Below the pieces are notes generated by a model. It worked only from the letters and a program-made list of their open reading frames with translations. It did no database searches and was not told where the DNA came from. 64,000 nt of DNA from a virus. This document shows, one piece after another, positions 19,975 through 29,612 of this stretch. Both the position numbers and the translations under genes were made by a program. The stretch is from IMG/VR virus record IMGVR_UViG_3300013132_000026, positions 63,127 to 127,126 of that record. One strand, written 5' to 3'. Numbering within the stretch: position 1 is the first letter of the stretch; each line of letters starts with the position of its first letter.

Positions 19975-20880
19975 ATGAAACTCGCGCTTTGCTGCATCTC
20001 TAACATCCTTGCTGAACAAGGTCACAAGTTCCAAACTATGACCTACACACGTTTCGTTTCGCAGTCTCGAAACGAAGCTTTGCGCGTTTTATCTGAGCGC
20101 ATTCTCAACAACTTCATCGTTACCGATTTAACGATCAAGCATTGCGCCGATCTCGGCATCGCTGGCTATCGCCTGTCATCGAGTTTGACTCCAGTCATCG
20201 ATCACCCCAGCGTTGATCTTCAACTCGAACAGTTGCCCAACTGGTCCGACTTGTCTGCCGCTCTCGACAGCATCAAACGCACCATCGAGCAGACTGGCGT
20301 TCGCATCTCTGCTCACCCCTCCGAATATGTTTCGCTAACTAGCGACTCTCCGACTGTTATCGCGAACAGCACGCGAGATCTTATTTCGCACGCCAATCTT
20401 TTTGATCGCATCGGTTTGCCGAGCGATTATCGCTCACCGCTTAACATTCATTGTCGTCAAGACGGTGACGCGACCGTGATCTCGCAGCAGTTCATTAAAA
20501 ACTTCAACACGTTACCGAGCAACGTTCGCTCTCGCTTAACTCTCGAAGTTAACGACAATGTCGGCGGCACTTGGACCGTCGCCAACTTGTTCAAGCACTT
20601 CTTCCAGACTAGCGGCATCCCAATTACTTACGATTCGCTTCACCGTTCGCTTTGCAACGACGGCAGTTCCGACGAGCAAGACTTTTTCTTGGCTCACAAG
20701 ACTTGGCCTACTGTGCCGCTCTTTCACTACTCTGAAGGCATTGACGGCACGCGCAAGCACGCCGATATGCCTACGTCCACGCCTCGTAGCTACGACACCG
20801 ACGTTTACTTTGACGTAGAACTTAAAAACAAAGATTATGCCATCCTTAAAATCATCAACGATTCAAACAAAATTAAATAA
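19975..20880 (+). CDS. uvsE: UV damage endonuclease UvsE/UVDE
   Basis: 'YRLSS', 'RISAHP', 'NIH', 'RLTLE.ND', 'YD.LH', 'FHYSE', 'HAD', 'VELK.KD'. Confidence 0.92.
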   Translation: MKLALCCISNILAEQGHKFQTMTYTRFVSQSRNEALRVLSERILNNFIVTDLTIKHCADLGIAGYRLSSSLTPVIDHPSVDLQLEQLPNWSDLSAALDSIKRTIEQTGVRISAHPSEYVSLTSDSPTVIANSTRDLISHANLFDRIGLPSDYRSPLNIHCRQDGDATVISQQFIKNFNTLPSNVRSRLTLEVNDNVGGTWTVANLFKHFFQTSGIPITYDSLHRSLCNDGSSDEQDFFLAHKTWPTVPLFHYSEGIDGTRKHADMPTSTPRSYDTDVYFDVELKNKDYAILKIINDSNKIK

Positions 20881-21181
20881 TGATAAAAATGCGGTTATCG
20901 CCGCCCTAAAAAGAAGAAAGATTCGTTTCGCTAGTGATCAGTTTGTCTGCGACAGCGAAGACGGAGAAAAGGGGTTTGGTTTTACTGTTGTTACCGAACT
21001 CGTTACCTCGGTTATCGTTCCCGACTACAGCAAGCGGAAAGTTGGATTTTTAATTTATAACCAGCGAATGGCAGATCACCTAGAATCCGAAGGTCTTTCG
21101 TCAGAAGAGATCGAAAAGAAGGGTAAAGTCTGGTGCGTGGTGAAAAGTCGCGCAAATTTCCTTAAGATCTTGGGTTGTTAA
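20837..21181 (+). CDS. hypothetical protein (start uncertain)
   Basis: ORF fills the gap in the operon. Confidence 0.5.
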   Translation: MPSLKSSTIQTKLNNDKNAVIAALKRRKIRFASDQFVCDSEDGEKGFGFTVVTELVTSVIVPDYSKRKVGFLIYNQRMADHLESEGLSSEEIEKKGKVWCVVKSRANFLKILGC

Positions 21182-21184
21182 CTT

Positions 21185-21424
21185 ATGCGATCTGCCACCA
21201 TTTTCTCCTCTCCGAACGTCAACGAAGTTTACGCTGCGTACAGCGAGCTTTCGGCGGTGTTTTTAAAGCAATTTAAATTCCACGCAGAGTTTGGCATTTC
21301 TCACAAGACTACCGAAAAAGACTTTTCCCTGAACGCTTACGACTTGAATGCCGTTGAGCAGAAGTTCCTCGAAGAGAAGGCTTTCGAAATTTCTCAAAAA
21401 AAGTTGAAGAAACCTGTTGACTGA
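21185..21424 (+). CDS. hypothetical protein
   Basis: Small packed ORF. Confidence 0.55.
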   Translation: MRSATIFSSPNVNEVYAAYSELSAVFLKQFKFHAEFGISHKTTEKDFSLNAYDLNAVEQKFLEEKAFEISQKKLKKPVD

Positions 21425-21465
21425 TCCGAAAACTGTGGTAAGCTTTGCGTGCAAATCCATTGCTT

Positions 21466-23604
21466 ATGATTATCAAAGAAGTCCAGCGCAAGGTTGCCCA
21501 ATCAGACAATTTCAAGAGCGAAATTGCCTCTATCGATCCCGAGGAGATGCGTTACGTTTCCTCGCTGCTTCGCAACAACTACTCGAACCCGATCCTCGCG
21601 ACGGTTCGCGAACTGATCGCCAATGCTTCCGACGCGAACGTTGGCGAGCAAAAGATCGAAGTTCACTGCCCTTCGTTTTACGCTCCGACGTTCTCGGTTC
21701 GTGACTTTGGTGCAGGCTTGAGCGAAGACGATCTCTTTGGTCTCTACACGAAGTACGATCGCAGCACGAAGCGCAGCGACAATCTCGCAATTGGCGGTTT
21801 TGGCATCGGTCGCTTCGCGCCGCTCTCTTACGCCGATTCTTTCACGGTCACGTCGCGCCACAACGGTACGAAGACTGTTGTCAATGTTTTCGTTGACGAG
21901 CACGGCGACACTCGCTTCACGAAGCTCGCCTCTTCACCGTCGAACGAAGAGAGCGGTTTGGAAGTTTCTGTTGCGATCAAGGGCGGCGACGAGACTAGCT
22001 TCAACGACGCAATCAACGTTTGTGTTGCGTTCTCCTCGAAGCAATTCAAGATCAGCAACGCGCAGTTGTCTCCAATCAAGTGGTTGATCCGTTCCGAAAA
22101 CTGGGGTTTTTACGAGCGCAATCCGCATCATACGGGTTCTTTCGTTGTTATGGGCGGCGTTCCTTATCGCATCGACCCAAAGCAGATTTTACCGCTCGTC
22201 TCAACTGAGCGTTCTCCGCTGCTTTTCAAGAAGTTTAGCGGCAACGAGCTGACCTTTAATTACGCTCTTTGCGAGTCTAATTTTATTCTTTTTATGCCGA
22301 TTGGCTCGGTTGCGATTCACCACTCGCGTGAGCAGTTAGAGTATAACGTTACCACGAAGCGAGTTATTCTCGCGGCACTCGAACGCGCCTTTGGCGAGAT
22401 CGGAAACACTTTTCAAGAGAAGCTTGTCGAAAACAAAACGTTCGAAACGTTCGTTGCTAAACTCCACGAAGCGCAACAAAATTCTTCCCCGCTTCTCCGT
22501 CGAGCGGCACGGGCCTGCGTTTTCAAGTTCATCGACGCCAACAATGTTTCTCATGACGTTGAACTCCACAACGTTGGCAGCGTTGAGTGCGCTTACAAGC
22601 GGTCGAGCGTTAGCTCGAACATTCGCTCGGTCAAGCGCGCCGACTTCGACCCGTCAACGTTTATCTTGTCTCAAATTACTAGCGTTGCGGTCATCATCGA
22701 TGACCTACCTAAAAACAAGCGTTTATTCGCTCGTTCGCAGCGTCTCGCTCTTAATGACGGTTCGCTAAAGAATATCATTGTCGTTTCCGAGAAAACTGCG
22801 CGAAAGATGCTTTACGTTCATCTCCTCGCTGACCGCAAGAGTCGCAATATCTTTTTCGCTTCCGAGATCGTTCCCTTTGTCGTCGGGAAGAACACTAACA
22901 AAGAATCGGCATTTCTTGTTTTCAATGGAAACTCCTACATGACGGTTGCGAATCGTTGCTCTATTCCAGAAGGCGAAAAGTTTTATTATGTAAAAATGCG
23001 CGACCGCAAGAAAATCGTTTCGAAGCTGTTCGCTGGCTCCGTTGATGACGTTCGCGAATTTTGCAGCGTGCTTAATGCGCTTAATCGAAAGTTTTTCAAT
23101 AACCGCTTCCAAAAGGTTTACGGTTTTCTGGAAACCGCAGAAGTGCCAGAAAATGCAGTTCTGATCGATGACGTTTTAATCCAAAAAATTAACGAACTGT
23201 ACGGAAAGTTTTCCCCGTATATCTCTGCTGGAAAGTTCTCTATCAGACTGCGCAATATTTTCAACTCTGCACACCGCATGAAGGACGTTGCAGAGAATCT
23301 TCCCGAGGGTCACAAGATTCGCGAATTTGTCTCTCTGTTCGAAATCGAAAAGAAACTTGAAAAGCTGAGCAAAGAAGATCAAAGTCTCCTCGATAGTTTC
23401 GAATCTGGCATTCACAATTACAGGCACTTGTTCCCGAGGTACGATATGCTGACCGACGAGCAGTCTGCGGCGACACGGCGTTGGCAGGAGTTCTTCTGCT
23501 CGAAGTATCCGATGGCAGTCTATGCCGTTGACTCGCACAATTTTACCGCTAGTCGCATCAAGGAAATAGCCGATTACATCAATTTTGTGGACAAAAACTC
23601 TTGA
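21466..23604 (+). CDS. rIIA: rIIA-like protein (GHKL ATPase N-terminus)
   Basis: 'YSNPILA.VRELIANA.DA', 'VRDFG.GLS', 'STKR..N..IGGFGIG', 'FTVTS'. Lies immediately upstream of an rIIB-like gene. Confidence 0.85.
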   Translation: MIIKEVQRKVAQSDNFKSEIASIDPEEMRYVSSLLRNNYSNPILATVRELIANASDANVGEQKIEVHCPSFYAPTFSVRDFGAGLSEDDLFGLYTKYDRSTKRSDNLAIGGFGIGRFAPLSYADSFTVTSRHNGTKTVVNVFVDEHGDTRFTKLASSPSNEESGLEVSVAIKGGDETSFNDAINVCVAFSSKQFKISNAQLSPIKWLIRSENWGFYERNPHHTGSFVVMGGVPYRIDPKQILPLVSTERSPLLFKKFSGNELTFNYALCESNFILFMPIGSVAIHHSREQLEYNVTTKRVILAALERAFGEIGNTFQEKLVENKTFETFVAKLHEAQQNSSPLLRRAARACVFKFIDANNVSHDVELHNVGSVECAYKRSSVSSNIRSVKRADFDPSTFILSQITSVAVIIDDLPKNKRLFARSQRLALNDGSLKNIIVVSEKTARKMLYVHLLADRKSRNIFFASEIVPFVVGKNTNKESAFLVFNGNSYMTVANRCSIPEGEKFYYVKMRDRKKIVSKLFAGSVDDVREFCSVLNALNRKFFNNRFQKVYGFLETAEVPENAVLIDDVLIQKINELYGKFSPYISAGKFSIRLRNIFNSAHRMKDVAENLPEGHKIREFVSLFEIEKKLEKLSKEDQSLLDSFESGIHNYRHLFPRYDMLTDEQSAATRRWQEFFCSKYPMAVYAVDSHNFTASRIKEIADYINFVDKNS

Positions 23605-23638
23605 CAAACAACCAACCATAACCCAACATGGTAAGACC

Positions 23639-24706
23639 ATGAATAAGATCCCGTACATTATGCGCGACGAGTCGATCACCGTTTTCGTTGACGGCGCGCC
23701 GCACACCATCAATAACTCGCACGTTAATTTTCGTGCTTTGCGTCAGGCGATCCTTGACGCCAACTACGACGCTGTTCCCTCGCTTTTGTCTATCGAGAAG
23801 CGAGTTGAAAACATGACCTCCGGCAACATCACGATTGTCGATGGCAGACTCTTCTATCGCGGCAACGAGCTTCACGGAGCCGTAAGCGCGAAGCTCCTCG
23901 CTCTCCTGAAGCAGGGCGGGAAGGACGCCTCGCCGCTGCTGAACTTCATCGAGCGCATCATGAACAACCCGAGCGCGAATTCGGTGAATGAACTCTACAC
24001 GTTTCTCTCGTACAAGGACTTGCCGATCACTCCAGCAGGAAAGTTCCTCGCGTACAAGGGAGTTAAGAATGATTTTTATTCGAAGAGCGCAAACAAGCAA
24101 ACTGTCGTAATCGAAGGCAAGGTCAACGACAAGGGCGAGATTTTCAACGGAGTTGGCGAATCGATTCGAGTCGCTCGCAACCAAGTGGACGACAACAAGG
24201 ACAATCATTGTTCGTTTGGGCTTCACGCTGGCAGTTACGACTACGCTAACGATTGGGCCGGAAACAACGGACGGCTTCTCGTTGTCGAGATCGACCCTGT
24301 CGATGCCGTGAGCGTCCCGACCGACTGTAACTTCCAAAAGCTCCGCACTTGCGCTTACAAAGTTATCGCGGACATCACCGCTTCGCGCCGCGAAATTCCC
24401 GAAGCCGTTTATTCGGGTAGCGACGACGTTGGAAACGACGACGCCGACTACGATTCGGAAACTGAAGACGATTCTCTTTCCGAGAATTCGATTGATTTTT
24501 CCGACGCGATTGACGAAGTCGAAAGTTATGTTTTTCGGCAACAGGAACAAGGTCTTCCCGCTTACGCCGAAACTGCCGAAGCGATTCTCCGCACCGTTGG
24601 ACTCGCTCACATTAACTTGGGCGAAGTTCTTCTTCGTTTGGGTTTGACGAAGTTTTACGTTGTCGAAGCGAACCTCAACCTTATCGTTCACGACGATAAT
24701 TATTAA
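23639..24706 (+). CDS. rIIB: rIIB-like protein
   Basis: 'NPS…V.ELY.FL', 'LPIT..G.FLAYK.V', 'R..VDD…CSFGLH', 'P.D.VSVP.D….KLR.C.Y.V'. Confidence 0.88.
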   Translation: MNKIPYIMRDESITVFVDGAPHTINNSHVNFRALRQAILDANYDAVPSLLSIEKRVENMTSGNITIVDGRLFYRGNELHGAVSAKLLALLKQGGKDASPLLNFIERIMNNPSANSVNELYTFLSYKDLPITPAGKFLAYKGVKNDFYSKSANKQTVVIEGKVNDKGEIFNGVGESIRVARNQVDDNKDNHCSFGLHAGSYDYANDWAGNNGRLLVVEIDPVDAVSVPTDCNFQKLRTCAYKVIADITASRREIPEAVYSGSDDVGNDDADYDSETEDDSLSENSIDFSDAIDEVESYVFRQQEQGLPAYAETAEAILRTVGLAHINLGEVLLRLGLTKFYVVEANLNLIVHDDNY

Positions 24707-24984
24707 TGACTAAAAATACAGTCGCCAAAACACTCGAAGACGCTTTGTCGCACGCTTCCGAGACGGAACTCGATGTCGCTTTTGCGCTTCTCAAGTACAA
24801 GGAAATCGGCATCTACCGCAAGATCAAGTGCCTTTGCCTTGCGCTCCAACTCGATTTCGATGAGGTAGTCAAAAATCTACCGAACGAAAATGGTCGTCTT
24901 CTCGACCGCGAGACGCGCCACTACATTCACGATTATATGCTCGCCCGAGCAAAGCAGTTTCGCCCAGCAACAAACAACGAATGA
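24706..24984 (+). CDS. hypothetical protein
   Basis: Coupled ORF. Confidence 0.6.
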   Translation: MTKNTVAKTLEDALSHASETELDVAFALLKYKEIGIYRKIKCLCLALQLDFDEVVKNLPNENGRLLDRETRHYIHDYMLARAKQFRPATNNE

Positions 24985-25286
24985 ATAACTCCCTGGATCC
25001 TAAGTTCACGACCAATCGCCATTGGTTCGAAGTTTGGACAACAGAAAATGATGGCAAGCTCTTGAGTTGCGTCAATTTCTACGACATGGCATGGAAGGAC
25101 GCCGCAATATTGGCAGTTCAATGCTATTCGCACGAATCGTCACGAAACTCGGACGCTTACTACACAATCGTTCACGCGAAGCTCGACAGCAACAGCGGAA
25201 TGGTGCGCGAAGTGATTGCGCTCCCATACGATGAGTCTTCGAAGGTGCTAAATAAACTGATTAAATATCGGGAGACACTCCAATGA
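24981..25286 (+). CDS. hypothetical protein
   Basis: Coupled ORF. Confidence 0.55.
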   Translation: MNNSLDPKFTTNRHWFEVWTTENDGKLLSCVNFYDMAWKDAAILAVQCYSHESSRNSDAYYTIVHAKLDSNSGMVREVIALPYDESSKVLNKLIKYRETLQ

Positions 25287-25624
25287 TGGACCGCACCGCG
25301 CTGTTCGCTCATCACCGCGCCTTGACCGAGGCTGCGTTCAAGATCATGCAGGCGAAGAACAATGACTATGCTGGCAGCAAGGGAGACAATCCTTTCGCCA
25401 ATTTCCAACGCTGCGAGGCAATGGGAATCTGCTCGGCAGAACAAGGTTTTCTCGTTCGCATCGTAGACAAGGTTTCGCGCCTTTCTACGTTCGCTCAGGA
25501 CGGCAAGCTTGCCGTAACGAACGAAAGTTACGAGGACGCTATCTTGGACATTATTAACTATTGTGTTTTAATGTCGGCGTATGTTGCAGGGAAGAATGAA
25601 CCTCCCTCAACAACGAACGATTAA
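25283..25624 (+). CDS. nucleotide-modification-associated (DUF1599/Nmad1-like) alpha-helical protein
   Basis: 'KNNDYAG….PFANF', 'R..DK..RL', 'ES..D…D..NY'. Confidence 0.7.
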   Translation: MMDRTALFAHHRALTEAAFKIMQAKNNDYAGSKGDNPFANFQRCEAMGICSAEQGFLVRIVDKVSRLSTFAQDGKLAVTNESYEDAILDIINYCVLMSAYVAGKNEPPSTTND

Positions 25625-25884
25625 AAGATCGCGATTCCAGTTATTCTGTACCCAGCATCGAAAGGCTGGATAAATAAGCCAGTTGGCATATTCAGCCTTT
25701 CGATTTTTCTGTTATATTCTCTGATAAGGTGGTCGGAAAAGTCGCCGAAAACAGCGTTGCCGGAAGCCGCAAAGCCCGTAGCCGAGTACAGGCCCGTGAT
25801 CTGCCCTCGGTAAGCGACCCAATCGCCAGAAACTAAACTATAATTGCTATGGATATCTCCTTGTAACAATCGCGGATTACTCAT
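25621..25884 (-). CDS. small late-expressed, probably virion, protein
   Basis: Minus-strand ORF with GTGTAA motif at 25895-25900. Rich in S/T-G motifs. Confidence 0.6.
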   Translation of the reverse strand: MSNPRLLQGDIHSNYSLVSGDWVAYRGQITGLYSATGFAASGNAVFGDFSDHLIREYNRKIERLNMPTGLFIQPFDAGYRITGIAIF

Positions 25885-25999
25885 ATTTTATTAATTACAC
25901 TTTATTTTATGTTATTTTCCCTGCTGTTGTTTATCGCAGTGTGCATTCACCTCTTTACCAAGAGCAACTATTTTACTAAGAACGCGAGTCTCGACAAAA

Positions 26000-26305
26000 A
26001 TGACCGACGCAACAAAGACGATTAACTATAAAAAACTCCCATTGGAGATTAAAAATCACGGTTACAAAATGAAGCAAGTGAAGCGAACCGAAAACACCGC
26101 AATGTACTCGAAAGCGGGCGGATACGAAGTTCTAGTCGTGCAGCGTCACGACGGGTACGAAATCAAAGGCAACTGGATCGAGCCTGCCGAATATCTGCCG
26201 AAAGATGAAGACTTTGGGACGAAAGGCTGGTATTTTAATGGTCCCGATGGCCTGCAAAAAGCAGAAAAAAAGTTCGAAGAAATCGAACAAAAAGCTGGCG
26301 AGTAA
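26000..26305 (+). CDS. hypothetical protein
   Basis: 101-aa ORF. Confidence 0.65.
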   Translation: MTDATKTINYKKLPLEIKNHGYKMKQVKRTENTAMYSKAGGYEVLVVQRHDGYEIKGNWIEPAEYLPKDEDFGTKGWYFNGPDGLQKAEKKFEEIEQKAGE

Positions 26306-26360
26306 CTAGTTTTTTAATCATAGTTCAAACGTAGCTTCAACTAAACACTAAAATCTAATC

Positions 26361-26678
26361 ATGTCCATCAACGAATTGATCGAAGAGAGTTATCCGCAGC
26401 AGAAGGTTATCCATTTGTATGTTCGCGACCGTCAAAACCGCCGAGTTGGGGTGTTGGCAGCGGTAACGAATCCCGAGCAACCCGAGACCGTTTTTATCGG
26501 ATGGTCGCGCTGCAATCGAAGTCTGGGCGACCGATTCGATCCGGTGCGCGGCACAAAGATTGCACTCGACCGCTCTTATCGGCACAAGGGAGCGGGCATT
26601 CCGTTCACAATGCTCGAACAGTATAACGAGTTTCGCGCTCGATGCGAAAAGTATTTCCGAGGCAAGAATGTCGCCTAA
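26361..26678 (+). CDS. hypothetical phage protein
   Basis: 'IGWSRC….DRF….G..IAL.R' pattern seen in small phage proteins. Confidence 0.65.
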   Translation: MSINELIEESYPQQKVIHLYVRDRQNRRVGVLAAVTNPEQPETVFIGWSRCNRSLGDRFDPVRGTKIALDRSYRHKGAGIPFTMLEQYNEFRARCEKYFRGKNVA

Positions 26679-26836
26679 TGAGAAACCTCTGGAGACTCTG
26701 GGCCAAATCAATCGGAGAAAAAGCGAGCAACGAGAACCGCGAAGCTGATAAAATCGCCGCTATTCGAACTCTCATTGTTTTAATCTATATCGTAACAAAC
26801 GTTTTCATCTGCGCCAACGTGATTCGTCATTGGTAA
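26678..26836 (+). CDS. small membrane protein
   Basis: 'WRLWAKSIGEKA…EADKIA.IRT…TN.FI.ANVIRHW', with one hydrophobic helix. Confidence 0.65.
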   Translation: MRNLWRLWAKSIGEKASNENREADKIAAIRTLIVLIYIVTNVFICANVIRHW

Positions 26837-26853
26837 CAATTATAAAAAATAAA

Positions 26854-27036
26854 ATGTCTTCTAGCCTCGAAGGTTCTGCGATAAACACTTTTAATTATCT
26901 GTACGAGAAATATCGAGACGAGTTCGAAAGGGCGAGAAACTACGACGAAAAGAACGACAAAGCTTACCAAAAGGAACTGCGTAGGCTGAAGCGCGAAGCT
27001 GCCAAACAAAAAGAAACCAACTCCACGGAACTCTAA
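26854..27036 (+). CDS. hypothetical charged protein
   Basis: ORF from ATG 26854. Confidence 0.5.
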   Translation: MSSSLEGSAINTFNYLYEKYRDEFERARNYDEKNDKAYQKELRRLKREAAKQKETNSTEL

Positions 27037-27044
27037 AGGTTTTA

Positions 27045-27120
27045 GGGTCTATGGTGAAATTGCATATCACATCGCTCTTCTAAAGCGAAATTTCGGGATG
27101 GTATCCCGATAGACCCACCA
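27045..27120 (+). tRNA. tRNA-Arg(UCU) with atypical T-loop
   Basis: Acceptor GGGTCTA/TAGACCC, anticodon arm TCGCT-CTTCTAA-AGCGA, T-arm TCGGG-ATGGTAT-CCCGA, encoded CCA. Confidence 0.85.
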
Positions 27121-27127
27121 ATTTTAT

Positions 27128-27217
27128 TGTCCCGTAGCTCACGGTAGAGCAAGATGTTTTATAAACATTTCGGTAGATAACCGCTAGGTCTGGGTTCGAT
27201 CCCCAGCGGGACAACCA
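27128..27217 (+). tRNA. tRNA with UAU anticodon (nominally Ile) and long variable arm
   Basis: Acceptor TGTCCCG/CGGGACA, D-arm GCTC/GAGC, anticodon GATGT-TTTATAA-ACATT, variable hairpin CGGT-AGATA-ACCG, T-loop TTCGATC, CCA. Confidence 0.8.
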
Positions 27218-27233
27218 ATTTATCAATTAATTT

Positions 27234-27434
27234 ATGAAAAAACTCAAAATCTCCATTAGCGAGCGTCGAAAAATCCGGCAAATTAAAGCTAAAATTAACG
27301 CGCATCGAGAGCGCGAAGAACGCGAAATTCAGCAGTTGGCCGAGTCTATGGGTTTGACGGAACAAGAAGCCGAAATCTTGTGGGATTACGTCTATAACGA
27401 CTCGTCTTGGACAGTTGAAATCGAAAAACGATGA
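27234..27434 (+). CDS. hypothetical protein
   Basis: Small ORF. Confidence 0.55.
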   Translation: MKKLKISISERRKIRQIKAKINAHREREEREIQQLAESMGLTEQEAEILWDYVYNDSSWTVEIEKR

Positions 27435-27566
27435 GGCGCACGATCAAAGGCATCAAATTGTCGCCGCAGACGGGAAAGAGTATGTAATCATCGAACACAC
27501 AGACGGTTTTGAGGATATCTACAAAGTTTCTAAAAAAAATTAAAAAACAAATGAACTCATACGAAA

Positions 27567-28205
27567 ATGATTAAAATTCTCGCCATCTCAGACACGCACG
27601 GTAGGCACCCGCAAATAACTGCGAGCCTGCCGAACGCCGATATTGTTGTCCACGCAGGAGATTTCTGCGGAATGGGCAACATGGTCGAGTGCATTCGCTT
27701 TTTTAATTGGTTCAGTTCATTGCCGCACAAACATAAAGTTTGCATTGCTGGCAATCATGACGTTTGGCTTGAGAAGGCTAATCCGTCCGAAGTTGCTGCG
27801 ATTGTTCCGCCGAACGTCCGCTACTTGAACGACAGCGGGTGCGAGATCATGGGCTTGCGATTCTGGGGTTCTCCCGTCCAGCCAACGTTCTTTAATTGGG
27901 CGTTTAACCGAGATCGCGGCGACCCGATTCAGCAGCATTGGGACCTTATTCCCGAAAAAACCGACGTGTTAATCACGCACGGTCCACCGCAGGGCATTCT
28001 CGACAAAACGATAGACGGCGAGAATGCGGGATGCAAGAACTTGCGCGATGTAATCGCAAAAATTCGCCCGAAGCTGCACGTTTTCGGGCACATCCACTTT
28101 GGTCGCGGTTTTTTGTGTACCGCAAACACAACGTTCGTTAATGCAGCGATTTGCGACGAGAATTACGCCCCAGCGAACGCGCCGCAATTAATCGAATTAA
28201 ATTAG
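27567..28205 (+). CDS. calcineurin-like metallophosphoesterase
   Basis: SDTH, HAGD, AGNHD, THGPP, FGHIH. Confidence 0.92.
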   Translation: MIKILAISDTHGRHPQITASLPNADIVVHAGDFCGMGNMVECIRFFNWFSSLPHKHKVCIAGNHDVWLEKANPSEVAAIVPPNVRYLNDSGCEIMGLRFWGSPVQPTFFNWAFNRDRGDPIQQHWDLIPEKTDVLITHGPPQGILDKTIDGENAGCKNLRDVIAKIRPKLHVFGHIHFGRGFLCTANTTFVNAAICDENYAPANAPQLIELN

Positions 28206-28236
28206 AAAACTGCTCCGAGAACGTTAACATTCGTGG

Positions 28237-28578
28237 ATGAAGGTTTGCCGTCGCTGCGGCGAAAAAAAAGAAATCGAAGAGTTCCCGCTGTTCTCTGGCC
28301 CAACAAACGGGCGCAAAAACACTTGCTCAACGTGTTGCAAAAGTCTTTCGGTTCTGAGAAGAACGTTAAAAGAAGCGAATCCGCCGCCAGTTGCGGGAAA
28401 CTGTCCGATCTGCGACAATCACACAACCGAATGGATTTTGGATCATTGCCACTTCACCGAAAAGTTTCGCGGCTACATTTGCAATAACTGCAATCTTGCA
28501 CTCGGACGATTTAATGACGACGAGAAATTATTGAGAAAAGCTATTGACTATTTGAGCGGGAAAGATAACGTAGAGTAA
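28237..28578 (+). CDS. endonuclease VII-family nuclease
   Basis: CPIC, 'LDHCH….RG..C..CN.ALG', plus an N-terminal Zn finger. Confidence 0.85.
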   Translation: MKVCRRCGEKKEIEEFPLFSGPTNGRKNTCSTCCKSLSVLRRTLKEANPPPVAGNCPICDNHTTEWILDHCHFTEKFRGYICNNCNLALGRFNDDEKLLRKAIDYLSGKDNVE

Positions 28579-28581
28579 TCT

Positions 28582-28669
28582 GGTCGCGTGCATGGAACGG
28601 CAGACAGGGAGCATTCAAAATGCTCTGCTCTTCGCGAGCGTGAGGGTTCGACTCCCTCCGCGACCACCA
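28582..28669 (+). tRNA. tRNA-Leu(CAA)
   Basis: Acceptor GGTCGCG/CGCGACC, anticodon GAGCA-TTCAAAA-TGCTC, long variable arm, TTCGACT, CCA. Confidence 0.92.
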
Positions 28670-28673
28670 TTTT

Positions 28674-29087
28674 ATGAAGTTCACTCCAGACAACATTGTA
28701 GAATTAAAGAAAAACCAAGTCTTTGTCTTCGGTTCGAACGAGGCGGGAATACATGGGGCAGGAGCCGCGAAACTCGCCGAAAAAAAGTTTGGCGCAATCA
28801 TGGGCGTCGGCTACGGACCACAAGGAAAGTCTTTCGCCGTTCCGACGAAAGACAAGTCGATTCGCACGCTTCCTCTCGAAGCAATCGAACTCTACATCAA
28901 AAATTTTCTTCTCGACGCTACGCTTTTCCCCGACAAAGAATTTTTAGTGACTAAGATCGGTTGCGGTCTAGCCGGATATTCTGAAGCGGAAATCGCGAAC
29001 TTATTCAAAGGCAAAACGATCCCAAAGAACATAACGTTACCCGAATCATTTTATCGTATTATTTATGAAAACAACGCTAGAATTTAA
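28674..29087 (+). CDS. A1S_2505-like phage protein (macro-domain-related)
   Basis: 'FVFGSN.AG.HGAGAA', 'A.PTK', 'VTKIGCGLAGY'. Confidence 0.8.
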   Translation: MKFTPDNIVELKKNQVFVFGSNEAGIHGAGAAKLAEKKFGAIMGVGYGPQGKSFAVPTKDKSIRTLPLEAIELYIKNFLLDATLFPDKEFLVTKIGCGLAGYSEAEIANLFKGKTIPKNITLPESFYRIIYENNARI

Positions 29088-29286
29088 TCTGCCCGAAGAA
29101 CAGACCGAAATGTTGCACGCAGTTCATGCCTCAGATGCATGGTGCGCTTTGAGCGAAATCGACCAAAATTTACGAAGCTTGGTGAAATACGGAACATACG
29201 ATGGCTACGAGGTAACAACAACAGAGCAACTCGCGTCAGAGATTCGCAAAAGAATCGGAGACGTATTAGCGAAAATCGACTCATGA
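29065..29286 (+). CDS. hypothetical phage protein
   Basis: 'MK.TLEFNLPEE…LR…KY'. Confidence 0.65.
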   Translation: MKTTLEFNLPEEQTEMLHAVHASDAWCALSEIDQNLRSLVKYGTYDGYEVTTTEQLASEIRKRIGDVLAKIDS

Positions 29287-29612
29287 AAATCACGAAAAAA
29301 GATCGCGCTCTTCTCGCTGGAATCGGAGAAACGCCATCGACGCTAGTCTTTTGGGCTTTTCGTTACTTTGTCGGAAGAATGTCGATTCACACGGTCGTAT
29401 TCGCTCAAAATCTCGCGTTGAATTGGGAACATCTAGACGAGCGGACGCAACTCGCAATTTGCACGCAATTAGAGTCGCTTTTCGAAGCGGACGATAAAGT
29501 TCGCGAGGCGAAGCATTACAGCGTGCCGATTTTACCGCTCGGAAACAGCGAGAACCGTCAAGCTTGGGAAAAGGTTCGCGCCGCATACAAACATTCGAAT
29601 GAAAAAAATTAG
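29283..29612 (+). CDS. hypothetical protein
   Basis: ATG 29283 is coupled. Contains 'AFRY..GR'. Confidence 0.6.
   Translation: MKITKKDRALLAGIGETPSTLVFWAFRYFVGRMSIHTVVFAQNLALNWEHLDERTQLAICTQLESLFEADDKVREAKHYSVPILPLGNSENRQAWEKVRAAYKHSNEKN

Noticed and set aside
21751-21775. rIIA 'KYDRSTK' where Gly is more usual before STK
   Set aside because: A single-residue difference that could be natural variation or a sequencing error; not interpretable.
27128-27217. Ochre suppressor (UUA) reading of the tRNA and genome-wide stop recoding
   Set aside because: Stem pairing centres the loop on TAT. Long genes are intact in the standard code and end with TAA, TGA and TAG.
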